Position numbers and translations under genes: made by a program. 64,000 nt of DNA from Macrostomum lignano (lineage: Eukaryota), in NCBI GenBank assembly GCA_002269645.1, contig NIVC01000416.1, forward strand, positions 1 to 64,000, written 5' to 3'. The notes beneath the pieces were generated by a model. It was not told the DNA's origin and searched no databases. It saw only the letters and a program-made list of their open reading frames with translations. Below are positions 1 to 8,613 of the stretch, piece after piece; positions within the stretch are counted from its first letter, which is position 1; the number at the start of each line of letters is the position of its first letter.

Positions 1-561
1 GATGATCGGCCTCGATCCGATCAGGTGAACCGGAGAGGCTGTGTTGTTCAGCTCGAACGCTCTGACAGATGTAGGTGTCTCATTGGCGGGCACGGGAGTC
101 GGTTTGAGGGTGAGGTTTCTCATGGTCACGTGGCACCGTCCAGTGCTGGACAGCTGAAGGCCTTCGGACACACGGTCACGAGTTCTTGCACGTCGCGGAG
201 TCGAGCGGGCAGATGCCAGGGTGGGACAGTCCAGTCGTTCGCGCTGGAGCCGCACCGACCTTCCACACGCAGTCGGTCTCCGAGCTCTTGGCCGCTTCGT
301 GAGTCCGTCGCCGTCCGAGTCCTTGCGGCACAGGTCGACCGTCCACTGGAGCCCGGCCGCCTTGAAGTCCATGCCGAATGGGTTTCTGGCGTTAGCGCCG
401 GCGGGACTCTGGTGTCCGACTCCGGCCCAGATGGCGCCTGGCTGGCACGGGTTCGGGACGCGGTCGCCGTTCGGGATTCGGGACTGGAACGACTTGTGCG
501 CGTGAGAGCAGCTGAGCAGTGCAGCCAGAGCCACAGAAAGCAGCAGCATAGTCGTTTTCAT
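1..561 (-). pseudogene. 5' part of a temptin-domain copper monooxygenase paralog; frameshifted (pseudogene or assembly indels); runs off the window
   Basis: ATG at 561 gives MKTTMLLLSVALAALLSCSHA (signal peptide), then HKSFQSRIPNGDRVPNPCQ...DLCRKDSDGDGLT, collinear with 5402-7354. About six 1-2 nt indels between ~295 and ~60 scramble the frame; it ends in frame as FELNNTASPVHLIGSRPII at base 1. Confidence 0.85.
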
Positions 562-626
562 TGTTATTTTTCAGCAGCTTGAGGTTATTGCAGTTGAAAA
601 CTTGCATCGGCTGTCTGCTCTGAGAG

Positions 627-633
627 TTTTTAT
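627..633 (-). promoter_or_regulatory. TATA box of the minus-strand monooxygenase paralog
   Basis: TATAAAA on the minus strand ~65 nt upstream of ATG 561; TGACGC and CCAAT at ~674-690. Confidence 0.55.
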
Positions 634-2296
634 ACTTTTATTGAGAGTTCATCGAATGCTAAAAATAAATAGATGACGCGCTGGACCAATGAAAACGCCC
701 AGAAAGTTTATGCTGTCACTTAGAGTATGGTTTTTTCTAGAATTCATCATCTACGAGTAATTGGTGTGTCTCGTATTCTCAGACCTCGTTCTTTCCAGAA
801 GTGTTTTTTATGCCGTTGTTATTGAGGCGTCACAAAGAGTACACTCTAAATAGACACTCGAAATCGTGAGAAAGTTTTTGCAAGAATATTAACGAGAATA
901 GTATAGACTGTCATAATTTTAAACCTTGTTGTTGGCATACCAGACAGTTCCAGTGATTATATACTTATTTAGCGTTTGGTAGAGAGCATCGTTGGTAGAA
1001 AAGTTCAGGTGTATTATATAAATTAATCATAGTAAAGCGTGTGGTAATCTTAATAACCTACACGTCTCACCGAATTCGTGTAGGCTAATAATTTGTGAAT
1101 CATTTGATGCAGGTTGTAGGGGTCGAAAAAATCGCCATTGAATAGACTTGCTTACACTGATCTATGTAAATCTTGCAGCGCTGAGCTGCATTGTGCATGA
1201 AATTTCATTTTAACCGAAAGCTAGGAAATTTAATCGCACGGCTTTCATTGTCTATTCTGTTTGCATCAAATGGAGCACGGCTTATAATTAAACTGATGGG
1301 CAAGAAAATGGAAAAGAGAAAAGAAAATAACCAAATTTTCGACGGGCAAAGATAACAAGAGCAGGGCGTTACGCTTGAATAAGTACTTGGGGCTGCGCTG
1401 GAGTAGCCAGTGCTTGTGAAGTGGACAAAGTTTCAAATGACGGTTATTGTTTTTTGAGCCTAAGCTAGGAAACGTAGAGCCTACGTAGCTGGACAACAAT
1501 ATGCAACTGACAGTTTTCTATCGTCCACTCCGCATTTTATGAGCTTGCTAGCTAAACTTAGAATCGGAAAAATTAGTGCAGAAAGTACTAGTACTAGTGT
1601 GATAAATAATAATATAGACGATTTTTTAAAAAATGGTCAACTTTTAATCAGCTGAGTTATAGGATGCCACGGCTTAAGGAGTTGCTGGAATGAAAAGGAT
1701 CAAGGGGAGTTGCGATTGCTAGCTCGTAGAAGGGGTCTTTAACAAGAAAGCTTGATACGATATATCAAGGTTAATAAACTCCTGCTTTACACCTCCCCGA
1801 TGAGGGACCAATCTGCTAGTTTCCTATAAAACCACAAGCAGTACTATGAGGAAAATCGTAATTGATAGAGTTTAGTAATTTGCTTTTAAATTTCTATCAT
1901 TTTTTCTTGCAGAAACTTTCCTTCGAAGTGACAACATTTTGGATAATAGAATATTAAGTATGGATACTATTAAACTGGCTTGAACATCAGAACTTTTTAA
2001 ATAACAATGCAAATTGTAGCAACAAATCGCAACTGTCGCACAGTTAAATCATTAAACGCGTATCGCCATCGATCTCTAATGGTGCTTTTGATGCCTTTGC
2101 GTAAGTGTAATCAGCAGAAGATTCCTATTTTCTAAACTGTCCACAAAGCAAAGTTGACGCAAGCGCCAAGAGCAGACAAGAACAGACAAAGCTATAGTCA
2201 CTTTTTGGACTCATTATACGAGCGTATGCATAGTCAGAAAAAACTTCACTTTAGCGTCTTCTTAGAAAACAACTTGTTTACTTTATTTAGTGTCCA

Positions 2297-3963
2297 TTAT
2301 ATAAAAAATAGCCAATATTGCTGGGTACTCTTGAAGTGAAGCGAAAGTTCCGTTAGCAAGAGGTTGGGAGAAATCAGCCGACACGCGCGTGATGCGTGAA
2401 CAAGCATATAGCCTTGGCAGCAACTCCCCCAGATGAAAAAGACCTGCAAGCCTAAAAATAGCCCAGATGATCGACGAGCGAGAAGCCCAGCCATGCGACC
2501 CTCGCATGATGCATGAACCACCTCTGGCCGACACTGCCTATTAAGCCTCCAAGTCATTGTCTTTCTCGTCTTCGCAGGAATGCTGTCACTCAAATGACTC
2601 GGAAAGCCGGGAAAAATGGAGGGCACTGCTTCTGGATAGAGTCGCTTCCGTTCCAATGGCCGAAATACGACTTACTTTGACTTAGCTGCAGGGCTGTCCC
2701 GGAGGGGACACTTGACACAGCGGGAAGGCGCGGGCGCCCATTCCTCTAATCCCTGAACGGCCGACGCGTCGCTATTGACGGAGGGTTGGCGCCGCCCAGG
2801 GAATCCCCCAGTGTCGCCAGCAGCTATAGTGCTCTCTGGAAAGGAGAGTTCAGCCCTGCGGGTGGCCCGAAGGTAGCGCATGAGCTGGTTAAAGTTTTCG
2901 GGTTTGCACGCTTCAGTAATAGATGTGTGTGGCCCGAGGTAAGTGAGTCTGGCCCACGTAAAGGCGGGACAGATGCTGACGAAATGCTCAGCGGTTTCGT
3001 CACCTGAGTTGCAGAAACTGCAGATGGCGTTGGTGGCGTTGCCCTGCAAGTACTGGTGCCTAGAGAAGCAGCCGTGACCTGAGAGGGTCATGGTGGCAGC
3101 CCGGATGTCTCTACGCGAGAGGCGCAAGAGGAGCTTCCGGAGCTGGTGAGAGGGCTGAGGGACAGCGCCTCTGGATTCCCTGCAGGTGGTGCAGTTCGCC
3201 CAAGTCGAGCGGTGCTGAGTCCTGATCCACGCTTTGATGCGCGAGTCGATGACACAGCCGGGAATCGGGACAAGAGGTTCGGGACCGAGAGAGGAGCCGG
3301 AGGCACCAACTTTTGCAAGGGTGTCGGCCAACTTATTCCCTCGGATCCCCACATGCCCCGGAACCCTCATTTTGTTAGTGGGTGATTTTGTAATTTTGTA
3401 ATTTTGTTAATTTTGTTGGTGGAAGTCAGTAAGAGGGAAATTTTGTTATTTTGGGTAATTTTGTTGGTGGAACCCAACATGTTGAGGAGTCTGATACAAT
3501 CGAGGACTGTAGCAGAATTGGTGCAGCAGCCACTGATGGCGTGCAAGGCAGCTTGGCTGTCCGAATGGAAAATGATGTTCTTACCAGTAACGCCAGTGGC
3601 GAGAAGCTCTGCAGTGCAGGAGCTGATGGCCAGAACTTCATTTTGGAAGACACTGGAGTTGACCCCAGTGTATTGAGCGTGGGTAGCGATGACCCTCCCG
3701 TCCAGAAAGATTCCAACACCAAATCCGGTGTGAAATCCTTCTAGAGATTGCACAAAACACTCTGGAATAAAGTGCTCAGAGCACACCTTGGAATGCTTTG
3801 AAGGTTTGAAATCTTTGCGGCGGCGAGCAGCTATCCATTTTTTCTTAACATCATTGTCCTTCGGGAAGGAGTGAAATGAGATTGCTGACGAACTTGAGGC
3901 CCTGTTGCTACAAACAAATGCTGTGCAGAAGTGACTGTTTCCTGGCTTTTTAGCTTGCTGCAT
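2297..3963 (-). pseudogene. THAP zinc-finger domain gene (probably transposon-derived) split by a LINE insertion
   Basis: 3963-3738 encodes C2CH THAP motifs (CTAFVC..FHSFPKD..W..VCSEHF). 2670-2297 continues VVFRPLERKRLYPEAVPSIF (THAP AVPxIF box). Joining the two halves restores one open frame. Confidence 0.8.
2674..3737 (-). mobile_element. 5'-truncated non-LTR retrotransposon (family Y, I/R1/LOA-type): RNase H plus C-terminal CCHC
   Basis: RNase H motifs SVFQNE, HSDSQAAL, VPGHVGIRGNKLAD; zinc knuckle CSFCNSGDETAEHFVSIC; 3' end GCCCTGCAGCTAAGTCAAAGT; CTT duplicated at 2671-2673 and 3738-3740. Confidence 0.85.
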
Positions 3964-4098
3964 CGTATGCTGATTGAATTATTTTTCGCTACACATTCAT
4001 CAGTTTTCTTAATTAATCAACCATATATTTTTTTTCATTTTTACTTAGCAGTCAGTACAACCATATGTGCGCTTGATGAGATTTTAGACAGATTTTAG

Positions 4099-4397
4099 AC
4101 AGTGGGATAGTGGGGTGCCCCGGTCCCCACGCAGTTCACTAAAATGAGTGGCTGCGGCGTTAAAATGGTGCCTGCAGCGCTAAAATGAGTTTCTGCGGTG
4201 CTAAAATGAGTGTCTGCGGTGCTAAAATGAGTGTCTGCGGTGCTAAAATGAGTGTCTGCGGTGCTAAAATGAGTGTCTGCGGTGCTAAAATGAGTGTCTG
4301 CGGTGCTAAAATGAGTGTCTGCGGTGCTAAAATGAGTGCCTGCGGCGCTAAAATGGTAGAAGTTCGTGGGGACCAGGGCACCGCACTATCTCACTGT
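4099..4397. mobile_element. MITE with ~33-bp TIRs and an internal 21-bp tandem array
   Basis: ACAGTGGGATAGTGGGGTGCCCCGGTCCCCACG at 4099-4131 vs its reverse complement at 4365-4397 (3 mismatches); internal (GCTAAAATGAGTGTCTGCGGT)n; no TSD found. Confidence 0.8.
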
Positions 4398-5325
4398 TCC
4401 ATTATCGATCGGGGGGAGGAAAACTGAGGGTGCCATTTCCTCTATGACAAACAAGACATGCACCCCTTAGTGTGGGGAATACCGGCATGCGCAGTCTAGT
4501 TATATTACTTGGTCTGTGGTACAGTGTGTTAGCTTATAAAATATACTGATTGCAGAGGAACGATCCTCGCCAGAAGTTTGAGAATGTGACTCCAGAGATC
4601 ACACAGAGAAAGTACCATCGGGTCCATTGTTCGTTGTCTTTCTGAACTGTTGGCAGAAGGAAACATTTATGGGGAAAGCCATGATAATAAAACGTTTCAC
4701 TCAGGAGTTTGGACTTGTGTAACACTAAGCATTAGGACATTTGCGTTGACGGTCGAAATATGTCTCAATTTTTACTTCTAGCGTTTTGGCTTATAGATAC
4801 GATCTACCGATTGCCTTCCCGGAATGAAAGAATGCCAGCTAATGCAATAGAAAATGTGAGGAATACTCTTATCTGTGGTCGCAGGTATTTAAGCATTTCG
4901 GCGCCACTACACGAGTCGAGTTTTACACGATCTGAACTTTATGTTCTGGGCACCTTAGGAGCTACGAGTACTTTTACGGGTTAAAGTCTGTATATTTTAG
5001 CTCGTAAAAAGAACTCGTCTAAAACTTTATCATCTTAAGTTTGCCTCTGACTTCATTGAAAACACTTTAAATAAACATGTATGTAGATTCTTCGAGGTCT
5101 GTCGTGTACTTGGTAACCAAGCAAACAATGAGCAATATTTATCCAAGTCATTTGCTGCCCTTTTGGAAACCAAGCAGCTCACGACATTGGCAAACAGTGC
5201 GGTAGGCAGAACACGGCCAGTCGGGGCATGGATTCAAATGCAAATAAGAATTACTAAGTTAATCATTCACCATAAACAAACATAACCTGAGAACCTGAGA
5301 ACGCAGAAATGACGCACAAGGCGCC

Positions 5326-5334
5326 TATATAAAA
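5326..5334 (+). promoter_or_regulatory. TATA box of the plus-strand monooxygenase gene
   Basis: TATATAAAA 76 nt upstream of ATG 5402, preceded by TGACGCA at 5310. Confidence 0.6.
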
Positions 5335-5401
5335 TAAAAGATGCGTGGAAAAGAATGAACGACAGAGCCGCAAATCTGCAGCTTTGAACCCGACCCGAAT
5401 C

Positions 5402-7354
5402 ATGAAACTTGGAATCAGCTTAATAGCGACTGCAGCCGTTGTGCTGCAGACTGTACACGGCTACTCAAGTTTCAAGTCGAGGATACCCAACGGAGATCGC
5501 GTCCCGAACCCGTGCCAGGTGGGCACCATCTGGGCCGGAGTGGGGCACGAGAGTGCGGTTGGAGCCGACACTCGCAACAAGTTCGGTTTAGACTTCAAGG
5601 CGGCCGGGCTCCAGTGGACGGTCGACCTGTGCCGCAAGGACTCGGACGGCGACGGACTCACGAACGGCCAAGAGCTCGGAGACCCCGACTGCGTGTGGAA
5701 GGTCGGAGCCACTCCGGCGCGTACGACTGGACTGTCCCACCCTGGAATTTGCGAGTTCGGCTCCACAAAATGCAGCAACGCGTGGAACGTGTGCCCAAAA
5801 GCATTCAGCTGTCCAGCCATGAATGACCCCAGTGTGACCGTGAGAAACTTCACCATCAACAAGAACACCCCGGTTCCAGCGAAGGAAACCACGTATGTCT
5901 GTCAGGCGTTCGAGCTGAACAACACCGCCACGCCTGTTCACCTGATCGGATCAAAGCCAATCATTGACAACAAGAACGTCATGCACCACATGATCATGTA
6001 CGCCTGCTCTTCGAAGCCGAATCAGACGTTTTTCGACGCCCCGCAGGAGTGCTTTATGGCCCGCTCGGACTGCAATGAGATAGTCAATCTGTGGGCATTC
6101 GGGCTCGAGGGCGAGTGCTATAACAACAACACCGGCTATCGCATCGGAGGCGAGGGCTATCGCTACGCAATGCTGGAGCTCCACTGGAACAATCCGGCTA
6201 AGCTCAGTACATATACAGACTCATCTGGCTTGGCGCTCTACTTCACCCCCAACCTGAGAAAATACGACCAGGGCACTGCAATGTACGGCGAAGGCAATCT
6301 CGTGCTTCCGCCGCGTCAGCCAGTGGTTAATTTTAACCACACTTGCCCGTCGGTGTGCACGGAGAAGTACCACACGGAGACGCGCTACATCACCGGAGCC
6401 GGCATCCACATGCACGGCTACGGAGTGCAGGGCCGCATCTCGCTATGGCGAAATGGAACTCTCGTCAAGGATTTGCATCCGCTGCAGGCCTACGATTACA
6501 ACTCGCCTAAAATGAACATGTTCGATCCGCCAATCGAATACCGCAGAGGTGACGAAGTTAAAACTGAATGCTACTTCAGCACTCTAAAGTCCAATAAAAC
6601 AATTTACTTCGGCGAAGGAACTAGTGACGAAATGTGCCTGTCGTTTCTGTCCTATTATCCCAACAATGTCAGCAAGCCGAATTCTGAAAAGCTGGGCAGC
6701 TGCATCGCCGTCTCCGGAATCAACATGTGCTGGGTGCAGAGCGGCATCGAGCCTCACATAGAGCGGGAATGCAACATCACAGACATGCGAAACGGCAACC
6801 TCACTGAACAGGTATCAGCCGAAATGACAGCCAATGGATGCTTCTCCAAGACCGGCTGCAATCCAAAATGCCGTGACTATCTCAACAACACCCTGTGGCC
6901 GTCGAACGCCTGCTACGATCCGAAGCGAGCGCTTCAGATGACCGAGACAATGGCCACGGGATATCTGATAAATCAGTCACGCAAGCCGACCTTTATTAAG
7001 ACACTATACGGTCAGAGCTTCTGCCAACAGGAGGTTGCCATGCTGTCGACGCTAGACCAGAAAGCTGCCACAATTTCGGCGTCTACAACACCGACTACAA
7101 ACCAGGTGTTGGGTTCGAGTTACACTGGATTGAAGTCCGAGCACCTGCTTATCATTATTATTGTTTGCAGCTGCCTCGGCTTCATCATAATCATAGCTAT
7201 TCTGGGTGTAGCTGCTAGCAAGCTAGGAGGCGACGGCTTCCCGAAGCCAACGGACGGAGCGGACAAGGTGCCAGCTGCCGGCCCGCAGGATAACAAAGCT
7301 TACTTGTACAACGAGTACGAGAATTCGGCGAGCGGGCACAAGACGCAGCTGTGA
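5402..7354 (+). CDS. Intronless temptin-domain copper type II ascorbate-dependent monooxygenase (DBH/MOXD1/TBH family), type I membrane protein, 650 aa
   Basis: Signal peptide MKLGISLIATAAVVLQTVHG; temptin-like domain (RIPNG..GVGH..RNxFGxDF..DSDGDGxTNGxELGDP); all copper ligands present (HHMIMY, ELHW, HMH, DEMC); C-terminal TM LLIIIIVCSCLGFIIIIAILGV; cytosolic DNKAY. Confidence 0.93.
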   Translation: MKLGISLIATAAVVLQTVHGYSSFKSRIPNGDRVPNPCQVGTIWAGVGHESAVGADTRNKFGLDFKAAGLQWTVDLCRKDSDGDGLTNGQELGDPDCVWKVGATPARTTGLSHPGICEFGSTKCSNAWNVCPKAFSCPAMNDPSVTVRNFTINKNTPVPAKETTYVCQAFELNNTATPVHLIGSKPIIDNKNVMHHMIMYACSSKPNQTFFDAPQECFMARSDCNEIVNLWAFGLEGECYNNNTGYRIGGEGYRYAMLELHWNNPAKLSTYTDSSGLALYFTPNLRKYDQGTAMYGEGNLVLPPRQPVVNFNHTCPSVCTEKYHTETRYITGAGIHMHGYGVQGRISLWRNGTLVKDLHPLQAYDYNSPKMNMFDPPIEYRRGDEVKTECYFSTLKSNKTIYFGEGTSDEMCLSFLSYYPNNVSKPNSEKLGSCIAVSGINMCWVQSGIEPHIERECNITDMRNGNLTEQVSAEMTANGCFSKTGCNPKCRDYLNNTLWPSNACYDPKRALQMTETMATGYLINQSRKPTFIKTLYGQSFCQQEVAMLSTLDQKAATISASTTPTTNQVLGSSYTGLKSEHLLIIIIVCSCLGFIIIIAILGVAASKLGGDGFPKPTDGADKVPAAGPQDNKAYLYNEYENSASGHKTQL

Positions 7355-7468
7355 AGCCTGAGGGTCTGCAACCAAACTGAACTCTCTAATTAAAAAAAGA
7401 CTTATTTATAAAGAATTGTATGGTCGCATGCATAAAGTCAATGTGCTAGGTAAGAGTGCTATTTAAAT

Positions 7469-7474
7469 AATAAA
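7469..7474 (+). terminator. Polyadenylation signal of the monooxygenase gene
   Basis: AATAAA 115 nt after the stop codon, in AT-rich sequence. Confidence 0.5.
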
Positions 7475-7929
7475 AATTACAAAACAGCAGCTATTCCGTT
7501 TTATGCATGCGATCCGATATGTCAGTCTGACATTCGTCCTTTTTAATATCCCTACGGCTAGGTTCTTGTACCAAAATAACTATTAACTGACAAGAATAAA
7601 CTATTTTTTAAAATCAAGAAATAAAAGTGTACACAATTTTATCCGGTTTTATACAATATTTATGTTGCTATATTTTATCGATAGAACAAGAACAGTTATT
7701 TGACAGAAATATACCCTATTTTCGCCATGGTAAAGATGAATAAATCATCGGTCTTTTTTACGGTTAGCTTTATTTCAAACAAAGTAGGAATTATAAGTTA
7801 TTGTTACTACAGCCTGTTACGGCTATTAGTATTAATATGAGGATAAAGGCAAAAAATTGACATTAAAAACGGAAAAAAGCAGCACTGAAGGAATGGTACT
7901 ACTTTAAGTAATATAAAATGAGAAAATAG

Positions 7930-8222
7930 GGGTTGTAGCCGAGTTTTCTGGAGCGTCGGAATCACGACTGAGAGGTTGGGGGTTCGATTCTCGACCCACT
8001 TAGAATAATTTGTGTCCTTGAGCAAGACACTTAACTCTGCATTGCTTCAGTTCACCCAGAGCTGTAAAATGGGTGTCACCATTAGCTGGGGTAATTGAGA
8101 CTGTGTGTGGCGACCCGCACCCCCAGTCCTTGGATGTGCCGCACAATAGCTGCGGCTGAGCTGTCGGTTGCACATCTGGTCGTTAGGGCGCAGGTATCAC
8201 TATTTTTCATTATTAGTAAAAC
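7930..8222 (+). mobile_element. tRNA-derived SINE family 1 (CORE-like central domain)
   Basis: A-box-like TAGCCGAGT, B box GGTTCGATTC, CORE-like TGTGTCCTTGAGCAAGACACTTAACTC...CTGTAAAATGGG; homologous copies at ~20780 and ~41345-41675. Confidence 0.8.
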
Positions 8223-8280
8223 GAGACGTACATTGAGCACAACTAATTATCAACTGATTTCTTTTGAAAATGCTGCGGCA

Positions 8281-8585
8281 GGAGCGTAGCCCAGAGGTTT
8301 AGCGCGGCGCTCTGGTGTGCCAGCGGCCCAGGCTCGATTCCAAGTGCAGTCACATTAATTTTGGGGCTGAGTTGGAATCTCGGCTTGGCTCTGCTCGTGC
8401 AATTAACGGCCTTGAAGGCCAACCCCCCAAGACACAGTGAAGTGTACATGCCTAACGATAAATAAAGTTAGGGCCGCTGTGTGCCTGCTCAGGGGAGTCG
8501 GTGGAATCGGGGGTAATACCTCTCGCCGGTTGTGAAGCTACTCTGCTCCCAGATTAAACCCGGCTACAACAGCAATCCAAACAAC
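8281..8585 (+). mobile_element. tRNA-derived SINE family 2
   Basis: Head GTAGCCCAGAGG...GGCTCGATTCC; very similar copy at 14506-14790 and an inverted fragment at 17985-18105. Confidence 0.75.
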
Positions 8586-8613
8586 AGTTCAACAGGTAAA
8601 AGTACACAAGTCA

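Noticed and set aside
1090-2290. Possible TIRs of a THAP-bearing DNA transposon
   Set aside because: No matching terminal inverted repeats or TSD could be identified by eye on either side of the THAP gene.
5345-5401. ORF-track N-terminal extension MEKNERQ... of the monooxygenase
   Set aside because: Starts at GTG only ~11 nt after the TATA box; the signal peptide begins at ATG 5402.
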